From assembly GCA_964370845.1 (NCBI GenBank), contig CAYJLB010000008.1:552-64551 (forward strand): DNA of 64,000 nucleotides, written 5' to 3'. Positions 43,269 to 53,981 of this stretch are shown piece after piece. The DNA comes from an uncultured Oscillospiraceae bacterium. GTDB lineage: Bacteria > Bacillota > Clostridia > Oscillospirales > Ruminococcaceae. How positions within the stretch are numbered: the stretch's first letter is position 1; each line of letters begins with the position of its first letter. The translations under genes were made by a program, and so were the position numbers. The notes under the pieces were generated by a model, which was given only the letters and a program-made list of their open reading frames with translations, had not been told where the DNA came from and made no database searches.

Positions 43269-45125
43269 TTATAAAGTTTCTGAAAGACCTAGTCTATCTA
43301 AAGTTTCTTTTGTTGGAATTCCAAATTCGTCCCAACCACGAAGCTCATAATATCTGTCAAGCATTCCGTCAACGTCAGGGATATTATTCGCAGAACCACC
43401 TGTCATACGACGTTTTTTCATTCTTCCTGGAAGTTTATCATCTTTTCTTGACTGCCCGTCACGAACTAAATACATTCTCTTTAAGTTGAAAATTCTTTCA
43501 CCAGTTTCCATTAATTCAGCGGCAGTTGTATCCCAACCAGTAATTTGATTTAACCACTCAACCACGCAATCAGCAGTAGCTGAACCCGCTCCAGGAGCGC
43601 CCATTAAGAACTTACATACTGTCAAAGAGTCGCATAAACACATAATATGCTCAAGTTCAACGTTCATTTCAGGTTTATTTTCAGTGGAATGGTTTTTAAG
43701 TTCAACAAATTTGTCACCATAAAATCCAAATCCATCATAAGTTCCACCGTATTCATTACCGTGTGAGTTTGCGGATAAGTGGCAAGCTCCACGAGGGCTT
43801 ACTGCATAAGCAAGTCCAATACTATCAGCGTAACGTGGGTCATGAGCAGGGAAATCCATTCCTCTAACATGTACAGCAAATTCAGGAGCAATTCCTCCTA
43901 AATGTTCAGCAGCAATTCTTGAACCATCGGCTAAAATATCACCAAAATCTTCACGATAAGCGATTTTTCTCAAAATTTCAATCATATCATCGCCTTCGCC
44001 CCAACGAGCTTTACAACCAAGCATTTCTTCGGTAACAAGACCTCTTTCATATGCTTCCATAACAAACCCAACCGCTCCACCAGCACCAATAGTGTCAAGT
44101 CCGTATCTGTTGCACATTTCATTACCCATACAAATAGCTTCATAGCTGTCAATTAACAAGTTTGAACCCAAAAGTCCCACTGTTTCGTATTCAGGACCAG
44201 CAGTTTCCTGAGATTTATATTTACCCTCTTTAACTTCAACAACTCGTCCACATCTAATTGAACAGTTTGCACAAGAATAACGCCCTGTCAAAAGGTTTGC
44301 GTTAAGGTAAGGCGTTGCAATTCCTTCAGTGTCAAAGCTTCCCTGTGCCCAGTTTTTGATTGGCAAGTCACCGATTTCCTCAATAAAAGGTACAGCACCA
44401 GAAGTTCCGCCCTCTCTCATACCTTCCATATTTTTCATGATAACAGGCGCCCATTTTCTAACGGAAGCATTAAATTCGTCAGGTTTTGCAACAGGAGTAT
44501 CAACATCACCGTCAACAACAATCGCTTTAAGTAATTTTGAACCCATAACAGCACCAACACCGCATCTACCCGCAGTTCGCCCGTCATTTCCGTCATTCAT
44601 AATACAAGAAATTAGCGACAAGTTCTCACCAGCAACACCAATACTTGCAGTACAAGAACGTTTTCCGTGGTCAGCTCTTAAAATATCGTCAACTTCAAAA
44701 GTATCTTTTCCCCAAAGGTGAGCCGCATCTAAAATTTCGATTTTTCCGTTAACAATGTTTAAATAAACAGGTTTTGGAGATTTACCAGTGATAATTAGCC
44801 CATCAAAGCCAGCTTTCTTAATTCTAACTCCCCATTTACCGCCCGAATTAGCCTCACCATAAGAACCAGTAAGTGGTGAACGTGTAACAACTTGATAACG
44901 TCCGCCGTTTGGAGTTTTTGTCCCCTCAACAGGTCCTGTCAAGAAAATTAGTGGGTTTTCAGGGCCAAGTGGGTCCGTTTCAGAAGTTGTTTCATCATAC
45001 AAAATTCTTGCACCAAGTCCACTTCCTCCGATATATTTCCTCATAACTTCTTCACTATAAAAAGTGTTTTCCATCTTACCTGTAGTAAGGTCAATTCGCA
45101 TTATTTTGCCTAAGTATCCGTACAT
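43269..45125 (-). CDS. aor: aldehyde:ferredoxin oxidoreductase family (tungstopterin) enzyme
   Basis: 618 aa, N-terminus MYGYLGKIMRIDLTTGK.. typical of AFOR_N, and Cys-containing 4Fe-4S ligand segments (CANCSIRCGR). Confidence 0.88.
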   Translation of the reverse strand: MYGYLGKIMRIDLTTGKMENTFYSEEVMRKYIGGSGLGARILYDETTSETDPLGPENPLIFLTGPVEGTKTPNGGRYQVVTRSPLTGSYGEANSGGKWGVRIKKAGFDGLIITGKSPKPVYLNIVNGKIEILDAAHLWGKDTFEVDDILRADHGKRSCTASIGVAGENLSLISCIMNDGNDGRTAGRCGVGAVMGSKLLKAIVVDGDVDTPVAKPDEFNASVRKWAPVIMKNMEGMREGGTSGAVPFIEEIGDLPIKNWAQGSFDTEGIATPYLNANLLTGRYSCANCSIRCGRVVEVKEGKYKSQETAGPEYETVGLLGSNLLIDSYEAICMGNEMCNRYGLDTIGAGGAVGFVMEAYERGLVTEEMLGCKARWGEGDDMIEILRKIAYREDFGDILADGSRIAAEHLGGIAPEFAVHVRGMDFPAHDPRYADSIGLAYAVSPRGACHLSANSHGNEYGGTYDGFGFYGDKFVELKNHSTENKPEMNVELEHIMCLCDSLTVCKFLMGAPGAGSATADCVVEWLNQITGWDTTAAELMETGERIFNLKRMYLVRDGQSRKDDKLPGRMKKRRMTGGSANNIPDVDGMLDRYYELRGWDEFGIPTKETLDRLGLSETL

Positions 45126-45250
45126 ATATAGCCATCCCTTTCTATTGAAAAAATTTCACAATAGTTGTTATATCATTAATAATTTCATTATCTCATATTT
45201 TAAATATAATTTCAAGTACTTTTTATAAATTTTATTAATAAAATATAAAT

Positions 45251-46261
45251 TTAAAGATTTTCTAGGGATAAAGTAGCAATTCCGTTTAGGTCAAGTCCAG
45301 CAATTTTTCCAGCTTTATAATCAAAAAAGCCTTGAGAAGCAATCATAACTGCATTGTCACCGCAAAGGGACAAAGGCGGAATATACAAGGATTTCCCCTC
45401 TTTTTCACAAGCTTTTGCCATTTTTTCACGAAGACCCGAATTTGCGGAAACTCCACCAGCTACAGCAATTTTATCATATCCTAAAATTTCAGCCGCTTTC
45501 ATAGTTTTTTCCACCAAAATGTCAGTTATTGTCTTTTGAAAAGAGGCAGCAAGGTCATTTTTGTCCATTTCGTCCCCTTTTTGAGTGCTGTTATGAACAA
45601 GATTTATTACAGCAGTTTTAAGCCCCGAAAAGCTAAAATCAAGCTCGCTTCCTGTCACTTTTGGGTGAGGGAATTTATAAGCATTTTCATTTCCAAGTTT
45701 AGCAGCTTTATCAATATGAACTCCTCCAGGGTAAGGAAAACCCACTACCCTAGCCACTTTGTCAAAACATTCCCCCGCCGCATCGTCACGAGTTCGCCCG
45801 ATAACTTTAAAGGTAGTGTGGGTTAAAACTTCCACAATATGGCTGTGTCCACCGCTTGCAACCAAACATAAATAAGGCGGTTTTAATTCAGGAAAAGCGA
45901 TGTAATTTGTAGCAATATGCCCTGCAATATGATGAACAGGTATAAGTGGCAAATTTTTCGACAGTGCAAGCCCTTTTGCAAAGCTAATTCCAACCAACAA
46001 AGCGCCGATTAAACCAGGGGCATAAGTAACAGCAATTCCGTCAATTTCATCAAGGGTTAAACCCGCATCAGCTAAGGCTTTTTCCACAGTTGGAAGTATA
46101 TTTTCACAGTGTCTTCTTGAAGCAATTTCAGGAACCACACCGCCAAATTTTTTATGTTCTTCAATTTGGGTCGAAACAACGGAGGAAAGAACCTTTAAAC
46201 CGTCTTCCACCACCGCTGCCGCAGTTTCGTCACAAGAACTTTCAATTCCAAGTATTTTCAT
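45251..46261 (-). CDS. tsaD: tRNA N6-adenosine threonylcarbamoyltransferase TsaD
   Basis: MKILGIESSCDETAAAVV.., HHIAGH metal motif, 336 aa. Confidence 0.95.
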   Translation of the reverse strand: MKILGIESSCDETAAAVVEDGLKVLSSVVSTQIEEHKKFGGVVPEIASRRHCENILPTVEKALADAGLTLDEIDGIAVTYAPGLIGALLVGISFAKGLALSKNLPLIPVHHIAGHIATNYIAFPELKPPYLCLVASGGHSHIVEVLTHTTFKVIGRTRDDAAGECFDKVARVVGFPYPGGVHIDKAAKLGNENAYKFPHPKVTGSELDFSFSGLKTAVINLVHNSTQKGDEMDKNDLAASFQKTITDILVEKTMKAAEILGYDKIAVAGGVSANSGLREKMAKACEKEGKSLYIPPLSLCGDNAVMIASQGFFDYKAGKIAGLDLNGIATLSLENL

Positions 46262-46731
46262 TATTTTATGTCATTCCTTTCTTCACTATTTAGGAAAATT
46301 TTTGTCATAATAAGTGCATTTTCTATCGGTTTTTCATAGAAATTTTTCCTCATTCCAAGTATTTCATAACCGAATTTTTTATATAAATTTTGGGCAACAA
46401 TATTGCTTTCTCGAACTTCAAGACTTGAAGAAATACCTTTATTCAAAAGGATTAATTTGTGGATTTGAGTCAGCAAATTCTCACCAATTTTATTTCCACG
46501 CATTTGGGGTAAAACTGCAATATTGTTAATGAAAAATTCCCCGAAAAAAATTCTTCCATTAACAAAACCACAGATTTCATCACCATTTTTTGCTACAATT
46601 GTAATAGCTTCCTCAATAAATAATTCGTTGTAAAAAGCGTCTTTAGACCAAGGCATTGAGAAGCTTTCAAGTTCAACTTTATACACTCCCTCAACATCTT
46701 GATGTTCCATTTTTTTGTAAATTATGTCCAT
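46261..46731 (-). CDS. rimI: ribosomal-protein-alanine N-acetyltransferase
   Basis: GNAT motif VLPQMRGNKIGENLL. 1-nt start/stop overlap with tsaD, the usual rimI-tsaD pairing. Confidence 0.85.
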   Translation of the reverse strand: MDIIYKKMEHQDVEGVYKVELESFSMPWSKDAFYNELFIEEAITIVAKNGDEICGFVNGRIFFGEFFINNIAVLPQMRGNKIGENLLTQIHKLILLNKGISSSLEVRESNIVAQNLYKKFGYEILGMRKNFYEKPIENALIMTKIFLNSEERNDIK

Positions 46732-46756
46732 ATTTTAACTCCATTTTTGTTGAGGT

Positions 46757-49291
46757 TTAACCTTTTGCAATATACCAACTTTCACCACAATTCACGTCCG
46801 CAGTAAGTGGAACTGATAGTTTTACCGCATTTTCCATTTCCTCTTGCAAAATCGCAGATGCTCTATCTTTGTCAGCTAAAGAGCTTTCCACAATCAATTC
46901 ATCGTGAACTTGCAAAATCAGCCTTGCATCAAGTTTTTCCGCTAAAAGTCGCTTGTAAACTTTCACCATTGCAATCTTAATTATATCCGCAGCTGCCCCT
47001 TGAATAGGCGCGTTCATAGCCGCTCTTTTACCGAAAGCTTGCAACATTTTGTTTGAAGAAGAAAGTTCAGGAATGTACCTTCTTCGGTTAAAAATCGTTG
47101 TAACAAAACCATTTTTTATCCCGTCGGCAACAGTTTTATCCATATATTCGGACACATTTTTGAAATTTTCAAGATAATCTTTTATATAAGTGTTAGCTTG
47201 CGCCATTGTGACACCGATGTCTTTTGCTAAAGAAAAAGCTCCAATTCCGTAGATAATTCCAAAGTTTACAGCCTTTGCTGCACTTCGCATTTCTGGCAAA
47301 ACAAAATCTTCGGGAATGTCAAAAACTTGTGAGGCAGTCCTTGTATGAATGTCTTTATTTTCAATAAAAGCCTCTTTCATGTTAGGGTCATCGCAAACGT
47401 GTGCTAAAACACGCAATTCAATCTGACTATAATCGGCATCTAGCAGAATATAATCCTCTTTTGCAACAAAGAATTTACGCATATTTCGCCCAATTTCCTT
47501 GCGGACAGGGATATTTTGCATATTGGGTTCTGTGGAGGAAATTCGCCCTGTTCGGGTTTCAGTTTGGTTAAATGATGAGTGAATTCGCCCGTCCTCACCC
47601 GTAACTTTAAGCAGTCCCTCAACATAGGTGGAATTTAATTTTGTAAGAGTTCGATATTCAATTATTAGGCTTATAATCGGGTGTTTTGAAACCAAACTTT
47701 CAAGAACTTCCGCATTGGTTGAGTACCCTGTTTTAGTTTTTTTCTTTGCTGGCAACCCTAGTTCCTCAAATAGTACAACTCCAAGCTGTTTTGGTGAAGA
47801 AATGTTGAATTCATGCCCCGAAAGCTCAAAAATTCGACCCTCAATTCCTTTTATATCAAGGGTAAGTTTTTCTCCAAAATCAGTAACTCCCTTTGTGTCA
47901 ATTTTTATTCCTAAGTATTCCATTGAAGCCAAAACTTCGCACAAGGGTTGCTCAACTTCAAAAAGAAGATTTTCCATTTCAGTGGCTCTAATTTCATTAA
48001 GCAATTTATCGCACAAATCCGCTAAAGAAGCCATATCCGCCCATTCCGCCATATCATTTCGATAAGAAACTTGGTAAGCATTACATAGATTTTCAACAGT
48101 ATAATCACTCGCCATTGAATTCAGAAGATAACCAGCTAAATCTGCCGAAAAAGTCAAATTTTCCAAGTTTTTTCCAGCTTTAAAACAGAATTTATATGCA
48201 ACTTTTGGATTAATAGTTCTTTTTTTGTTTTCGCTTGCAAAATATGACAAAATTATACTTTCATCTTTTGTATAATAGATTGTATCGGCTAAAAATATTT
48301 CCAATTGTTCATTCTTATAAATAAAAGTTGTTTCTTTTGTGAAAAGTGCTAGTTTTTCAATTGTTAATTCTTCTAATTTGATGGGAGCTTTTGGCGTGTT
48401 ATCTTCAATTATAAGGGAAGTTTGCTCACTTTCTCCCTTAATTTTAAGCCTTTCAGCTAATTTAAACATTTCCAAATCCACGAGTAAATCTTTTAACTTA
48501 TCTTCCTGTCTTTCCTTTAAAATATAGGAAGAAATGTCACTTTCAATTGGTGCATCTTGGGAAATTGTAGCAAGCCATTTTGATGTAAATGCGTCCTCTT
48601 TCCCCTTTTCAAGCTTCGCCTTTACACCTGCTGAAACCGTGAGATTTTCAATGTTTTCGTAAAGTTCCTCAACGGTTGGATAGGCTTTTATTAAGGTTAG
48701 GGCAGTTTTTTCTCCAATTCCTGCCACTCCAGAAATATTGTCCGAGCTGTCCCCCATTAAAGCCTTTAAATCGATGAGTTGGATAGGTTTTAAGCCATAA
48801 TTTTCAACAAAAAGTGCCTCGTCATAGCTAATTGTTTCCTTGTTTGTGGCAAGTCGAATTGTTACATTATCGTTGATAAGTTGTAAATTGTCCCTGTCAC
48901 CAGTTAAAATGTAACATTCATCATTGCTTTGAGTGGAAAATTTTGCTAAAGTGCCTAAAACGTCATCAGCTTCAAATCCCTCAACCTCAAGAACTGTAAC
49001 TCCCAAAAGTTTAAGCAAATCTTTCATAACAGGAAGCTGTGAAGCCAATTCCATAGGCATACCTTTCCTATTCGCCTTGTAGCTTTCCACCTTTTTATGG
49101 CGAAAAGTTGGCGCCTTTAAGTCAAAAGCAACAACAACACAATCAGGTTTAAGAAGTTCAATTTCTTTCAAATAAATGTTCATAAAACCAGTTATTGCGT
49201 TGGTGAAAAAACCTTTTTTGTTGGAAAGCACTTTAATTCCGTAAAAAGCACGGTTTAAGATACTATTTCCGTCTATAGCTAAAATTTTCAT
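46757..49291 (-). CDS. polA: DNA polymerase I
   Basis: N-terminal 5'-nuclease (MKILAIDGNSILNRAFYG), polymerase motif A DYSQIELRVLAH, motif C QVHDELI. Confidence 0.95.
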   Translation of the reverse strand: MKILAIDGNSILNRAFYGIKVLSNKKGFFTNAITGFMNIYLKEIELLKPDCVVVAFDLKAPTFRHKKVESYKANRKGMPMELASQLPVMKDLLKLLGVTVLEVEGFEADDVLGTLAKFSTQSNDECYILTGDRDNLQLINDNVTIRLATNKETISYDEALFVENYGLKPIQLIDLKALMGDSSDNISGVAGIGEKTALTLIKAYPTVEELYENIENLTVSAGVKAKLEKGKEDAFTSKWLATISQDAPIESDISSYILKERQEDKLKDLLVDLEMFKLAERLKIKGESEQTSLIIEDNTPKAPIKLEELTIEKLALFTKETTFIYKNEQLEIFLADTIYYTKDESIILSYFASENKKRTINPKVAYKFCFKAGKNLENLTFSADLAGYLLNSMASDYTVENLCNAYQVSYRNDMAEWADMASLADLCDKLLNEIRATEMENLLFEVEQPLCEVLASMEYLGIKIDTKGVTDFGEKLTLDIKGIEGRIFELSGHEFNISSPKQLGVVLFEELGLPAKKKTKTGYSTNAEVLESLVSKHPIISLIIEYRTLTKLNSTYVEGLLKVTGEDGRIHSSFNQTETRTGRISSTEPNMQNIPVRKEIGRNMRKFFVAKEDYILLDADYSQIELRVLAHVCDDPNMKEAFIENKDIHTRTASQVFDIPEDFVLPEMRSAAKAVNFGIIYGIGAFSLAKDIGVTMAQANTYIKDYLENFKNVSEYMDKTVADGIKNGFVTTIFNRRRYIPELSSSNKMLQAFGKRAAMNAPIQGAAADIIKIAMVKVYKRLLAEKLDARLILQVHDELIVESSLADKDRASAILQEEMENAVKLSVPLTADVNCGESWYIAKG

Positions 49292-49492
49292 AAGTGATAA
49301 TTCCTTTCATTAAATACAATTAATAATATTATATCACATATTATAGGAAAATAAAAGTCAAGATTTTATAGTTTACGCAAAAACAAAGTTAAAAACAACA
49401 TATTAATATTTAATAATAGTTAATTAAGTTAGCCGAATGATAAAAAAAATTGTGTCGAATTTGTTAATTATTCATAAAAATTAAATAAGGTA

Positions 49493-49521
49493 TTGCAATT
49501 TTATTATAAATGATATATAAT
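49493..49521 (+). promoter_or_regulatory. sigma-A type promoter
   Basis: TTGCAA (49493-49498), 17 nt, TATAAT (49516-49521). Confidence 0.55.
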
Positions 49522-49595
49522 AACACTTGTAAGTACTTTAATAAAAGTATAAAAAATTAATTAGACATCAAAAATAAGAAGGGACTGAGTAGATT

Positions 49596-51659
49596 ATGAA
49601 AAATTATGAAAGTACGAGGATTAAAAATATCGCTGTGGCAGGGCAGGGTGGTTCGGGAAAGACTGCACTTGTAGAAGCTTTGCTGTACAAAAGCGGTATG
49701 ACCGACAGACTTGGAAAAGTTGCAGACGGAAACACTGTGAGCGATAACGCTCCCGAAGAAATAAAGAGAAGTAGTTCAATTTATACCTCTCTTTCCTATT
49801 ATGAAAAAGATGACTTTAAGGTGAATTTGCTTGATACTCCTGGATTTTTTGATTATGAAGGAGCAATGCAAGAAGGTATTTATGCTTGTGGCTGTACCCT
49901 TATCACAGTTTCGGGTAAATCTGGCGTGAAAGTTGGTACCGAAAAAGCTTATAAATATGCAAAACAATACGGACATTCTTCTATGTTCGTTATCACTAAA
50001 ATTGATGAACAAAATGCTGATTTCTATAAGGTTTTGGCTGACCTAAAAACTGCTTTTGGACCTTCTGTTTGTCCAATCGTTGTTCCTTATGACATTGACG
50101 AGAGCACTAAGGGCTATGTCAATTTGATTGAAATGAAAGCTTATAAATATAATGATAAAGGTGAAGCTGTTGAAATCGATATGCCTGAGTCGGAATATCG
50201 CCTTGACGGACTTGTTGCCGCTGTGAGCGAAGCTGTTGCTGAAGTTGATGAAGAACACTTTGAGAAATATTTCTCTGGTGAACAATTCACTCAAAAAGAA
50301 CTTATCGACGGTATCCACAAAGGTATGAACGAGGGTATTATCACTCCTGTAACTTGTGTGAGTTCCACTACTTTAGCGGGAATTGATATGCTTCAAAAAG
50401 AAATTACTTTGCTACTTCCTGCCCCTGTTGAAAACGCTGTTATTTTAGCGGAAACAGAAGATGGTGAGCCTTGCGAAGTTGCTTATAATGATTCAGACCC
50501 GTTGTCAGCTTTTGTCTTTAAGACAGTTTCTGACCCATTTATTGGAAAACTTTCCTACATAAAAGTTATTTCTGGAAAAATTACATCTGGTACAGAATTT
50601 TACAACCCACGCACTAAATCTACTGAAAAAATCGGTAAAATTTACACTATGCTTGGGAAAAAACAAATTGAAATCACTGAAGCTGGAACTGGGGAAATTT
50701 TTGTTGCTACAAAACTTTCAGTTGCAACTAATGACACAATTTGTTCAGCAAAAAGAGTTGTAATTTTCCCTAAAATTGATTTTGTAAAACCTTGCTATAG
50801 CATGGCTGTTTTCACAAAAACTCAAGGTGATGAAGGAAAAATCTCTCAAGGTATTCAAAAATTAATCGACGAAGATATGACTTTAACATATATTCAAGAT
50901 AAGGATACTCACGAGCAAATTTTAAGCGGTATGGGCGAACTTCACTTGTCCGCTGCTTTAGCAAAATTGAAAACTGGTTTTGGTGCGGAAGTTGCACTGG
51001 CTGTGCCAAAAATTCCTTATAGAGAAACAATTCGCAAGAAAGTTAAAGTTCAAGGGAAATACAAAAAACAATCAGGCGGTCACGGGCAATATGGTGATGT
51101 TTGGATTGAATTTGAGCCTTGTGTTTCCGATAGTTTAGTCTTTGAAGAAAAAGTTTTCGGTGGCGCTGTTCCTCGAAACTACTTCCCTGCTGTTGAAAAA
51201 GGTTTGACTGATTGCGTTGCTAAGGGTGTGCTTGCTGGCTTCCCTGTTGTTGGGCTAAAAGCTATCTTAGTAGACGGTTCTTACCACCCAGTTGACTCCT
51301 CTGAACTTGCATTTAAAATGGCTGCTTCAGCGGCTTATAAAGAGGGCTTGAAGATTGCTGAACCTATACTTCTTGAGCCAATTTGTGAGCTAAAAGTTAA
51401 AGTTTCTGATGACAACACTGGTGATGTAATGGGCGACCTTAACAAACGCCGTGGTAGAGTTCTTGGAATGAATCCACTTGGTGAGGGAATGACAGAAGTA
51501 GTTGCAGAAGTTCCACGAAGCGAAATGCAAAACTATACAATGTTTATTCGCCAACTTACTCAAGGTAAAGGTTCTTTCTCCCTTGAATTTGTTAGATATG
51601 AACAACTTCCACCACACTTAATTGCTGATGTAATTGCTAAAAACGCTTTAGCTGAATAA
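49596..51659 (+). CDS. elongation factor G family GTPase (EF-G2-like paralogue)
   Basis: 687 aa, G1 AGQGGSGKT, G3 LLDTPG, five-domain EF-G length. The G1 differs from canonical AHIDAGKTT. Confidence 0.85.
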   Translation: MKNYESTRIKNIAVAGQGGSGKTALVEALLYKSGMTDRLGKVADGNTVSDNAPEEIKRSSSIYTSLSYYEKDDFKVNLLDTPGFFDYEGAMQEGIYACGCTLITVSGKSGVKVGTEKAYKYAKQYGHSSMFVITKIDEQNADFYKVLADLKTAFGPSVCPIVVPYDIDESTKGYVNLIEMKAYKYNDKGEAVEIDMPESEYRLDGLVAAVSEAVAEVDEEHFEKYFSGEQFTQKELIDGIHKGMNEGIITPVTCVSSTTLAGIDMLQKEITLLLPAPVENAVILAETEDGEPCEVAYNDSDPLSAFVFKTVSDPFIGKLSYIKVISGKITSGTEFYNPRTKSTEKIGKIYTMLGKKQIEITEAGTGEIFVATKLSVATNDTICSAKRVVIFPKIDFVKPCYSMAVFTKTQGDEGKISQGIQKLIDEDMTLTYIQDKDTHEQILSGMGELHLSAALAKLKTGFGAEVALAVPKIPYRETIRKKVKVQGKYKKQSGGHGQYGDVWIEFEPCVSDSLVFEEKVFGGAVPRNYFPAVEKGLTDCVAKGVLAGFPVVGLKAILVDGSYHPVDSSELAFKMAASAAYKEGLKIAEPILLEPICELKVKVSDDNTGDVMGDLNKRRGRVLGMNPLGEGMTEVVAEVPRSEMQNYTMFIRQLTQGKGSFSLEFVRYEQLPPHLIADVIAKNALAE

Positions 51660-51665
51660 AATTTT

Positions 51666-51707
51666 AAAGGTTGTAACGAGAATTATTTTTCGTTACAACC
51701 TTTTTTT
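51666..51707 (+). terminator. intrinsic terminator (GTAACGA-type hairpin)
   Basis: AAAGGTTGTAACGA-loop-TCGTTACAACCTTT followed by TTTTT. Confidence 0.8.
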
Positions 51708-51843
51708 ATAATAATAAATAAAAATTTTGAAAATATTATCTTTTTTTTATTGACAATTATGTATATTTAGTAGTATAATAAAAATTGAATTCAATATTAA
51801 TATAAATTTAATTCAATTTAGTTTGTAAAGGAATGACGTTAAA

Positions 51844-53349
51844 ATGAAAAATGTTAATCAATATAGCAAGAGTGAATTTGCTATTACTGCCCAATTTACT
51901 GGAAACCCTTTTGACAAAGTGATTAATTGCAAGGTTATCAGCCCAAAAAACGAAACGTTTCTCACTGAATTATTTTACAATGGTGGAAAGGAGTTTATTG
52001 CAAGAATTTACACCGATGTTGTTGGTGAATATTCTTACGAAATTTTTGACGAAGAAAAAGTTTATGAAAGTGGAAACTTTAACTGCGTGAAAAAAGATGG
52101 ACTTCACGGAAAATTCCGTCAATCTAAAGCTGACCCTACAAAAATTGAATATTACGACGGAACTCCGTATTATATGCTTGGATTTGAAGTTGACTGGTTA
52201 TTTTTACTTGACGACTTGCAAGAAGATTTCCCTAAAGCTAAAGTTTTAATCGATACAATCGACAAATATAAATTCAATATGGCTGTTGTTAGCCTTTATG
52301 CTCGTGACGTTACTTGGAGCGAGAGAATTGGCGGTTATGGCACAGAATTCGACTTTTCTAACCCAAAACAAGGCCCTTTTAAACAAAATCCTGACAACTA
52401 CGAGGACACTGATTATGACACTTTAGATGTGGATTTCTTTAAACGTGTGGACAAAATTATGGATTATCTTTGCGAAAAAGACATTTCCGTTCACTTTATG
52501 ATTTATGTTTGGAACAAATTTGTTAAGTGGGCTCCCCTTTTCTCCGAGCAAGATAATCGTTTCTATAATTATGTTATAAATCGCTATATGGCTTATCCAA
52601 ATATGCTTTGGGACGTTTCAAAAGAAGCTCTTTCTTATGGAGTTGTTACCGAAGAAGATATTTATAATAAGGCGAAAATTCTCCGTGAAAAAGACGTTTA
52701 CAAAACTTTAGTTACCGTTCACGACGGTGGTTTTTGTAAAAATCACCCTGACGTTATTGACATGCATTCAATCCAAAATTGGGAATTTAATTTGATGCAA
52801 GGAATGCTTGATATTACTAATCTTGGTCACAATAATATAGTTTGTAACGTTGAACACGGCGGCTATGAAAAAGGTATTTATGCTGGATTCCACGGTGCTT
52901 ATGTTGACCCTGTTATCTGCCTTGAAAGAAATTATATTTGTATGTTTGTAGGGCTTTATACCGTTTATTATTGGCAAAATTCTTCTTGGAATATTGTAGT
53001 TTGGGATATGGATTCACTTGCTGATGACTTTAAACCAAAACTTGAATACTACAAAAATATGGCGAATTTTATGAAAGACATTAAGTTTGAAACATTAAAG
53101 CCTTCAGATATGTTTAACAAGAGAAAACTTGCTCTTGAGGACGACAAATATATGTATATACTTAAACCAACAGGAATGTCCCACCTTACTTTATGGAAAA
53201 TGAACCCAGAAATAGGTAGCGATGTTTTATGGTTTAATCCTGTCACAAATGAATATATTTCCCAAGAAATGAACGAGTATGACCGTACTTACGGCTACCC
53301 ATCACCTTGGGGCGAGGATCTTTCTATCGTTAGAATTTGCAAACCGTAA
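51844..53349 (+). CDS. putative cytoplasmic glycoside hydrolase (DUF5060/DUF4038-like TIM-barrel)
   Basis: 501 aa with no signal peptide. An N-terminal Ig-like segment is followed by ..YYMLGFEVDWLF.. and aromatic-rich barrel-like segments. The family call rests on overall resemblance only. Confidence 0.45.
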   Translation: MKNVNQYSKSEFAITAQFTGNPFDKVINCKVISPKNETFLTELFYNGGKEFIARIYTDVVGEYSYEIFDEEKVYESGNFNCVKKDGLHGKFRQSKADPTKIEYYDGTPYYMLGFEVDWLFLLDDLQEDFPKAKVLIDTIDKYKFNMAVVSLYARDVTWSERIGGYGTEFDFSNPKQGPFKQNPDNYEDTDYDTLDVDFFKRVDKIMDYLCEKDISVHFMIYVWNKFVKWAPLFSEQDNRFYNYVINRYMAYPNMLWDVSKEALSYGVVTEEDIYNKAKILREKDVYKTLVTVHDGGFCKNHPDVIDMHSIQNWEFNLMQGMLDITNLGHNNIVCNVEHGGYEKGIYAGFHGAYVDPVICLERNYICMFVGLYTVYYWQNSSWNIVVWDMDSLADDFKPKLEYYKNMANFMKDIKFETLKPSDMFNKRKLALEDDKYMYILKPTGMSHLTLWKMNPEIGSDVLWFNPVTNEYISQEMNEYDRTYGYPSPWGEDLSIVRICKP

Positions 53350-53354
53350 TAAAA

Positions 53355-53388
53355 AAACACTTGTCACTAAAAAAAGTGGCAAGTGTTT
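53355..53388. terminator. bidirectional intrinsic terminator
   Basis: AAACACTTGTCAC-TAAAAAAA-GTGGCAAGTGTTT between convergent genes. Confidence 0.7.
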
Positions 53389-53409
53389 CGATTATTTTTA
53401 AGCAAGCAA

Positions 53410-53904
53410 TTAATAAGCACCTTTTGAATAGGTAACTTCATAGCTATGCGTGTATATTTCAAAGACAATTCCGAACGGGTCTTCAACATAACACATTTTG
53501 TAAGGTTTTTCATTTGGGTAATATTCTTTAATTGGCATACGTTGTTTACCACCGTGCTTTACAATTTTTTCTATCAAGCCTTCAATGTCAGGGTCTTGTA
53601 CTGAAAAATGGAAAAGTCCTGTGTTTTTGAACTCAAATGGCTGTTTTTGCTTATCATTGTCTACAAATTCAAACAATTCAATTCCGATAGCATTTGAAGT
53701 TACCATATGTGCAATTTTAAAATCACCATGGCCTTTTCCAAACACTTCTTCACACATAATTCCTATTGCTGAAGAATTTTCCTCTTTGATAACTGATGGT
53801 TGCATAACAACGTACCAACCCATTACTTCGCTGTAAAACTTTAACGCCTGTTCTAAATTAGGTACAGACAAACCTATATGAGAAAATGCTCTTGGATAAT
53901 TCAT
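53410..53904 (-). CDS. VOC (glyoxalase/bleomycin-resistance/dioxygenase) family protein
   Basis: 164 aa. FSHIGLSVPNLEQALKFY N-terminus and a second beta-alpha-beta-beta-beta half with HFS.. Confidence 0.8.
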   Translation of the reverse strand: MNYPRAFSHIGLSVPNLEQALKFYSEVMGWYVVMQPSVIKEENSSAIGIMCEEVFGKGHGDFKIAHMVTSNAIGIELFEFVDNDKQKQPFEFKNTGLFHFSVQDPDIEGLIEKIVKHGGKQRMPIKEYYPNEKPYKMCYVEDPFGIVFEIYTHSYEVTYSKGAY

Positions 53905-53981
53905 TTTCGTTACCTCCTTTAAGTTATATTTATATTATAACCTAAGTGTGGGTATTATGACAATAACGTACTTTTTTGTAC

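Noticed and set aside
49596-51659. A tetracycline ribosomal-protection protein of Tet(M)/Tet(O) type.
   Set aside because: The N-terminus and G1 motif (IAVAGQGGSGKT) resemble EF-G2-type paralogues rather than the LAHVDAGKTT of Tet(M/O). No mobile-element context is present.
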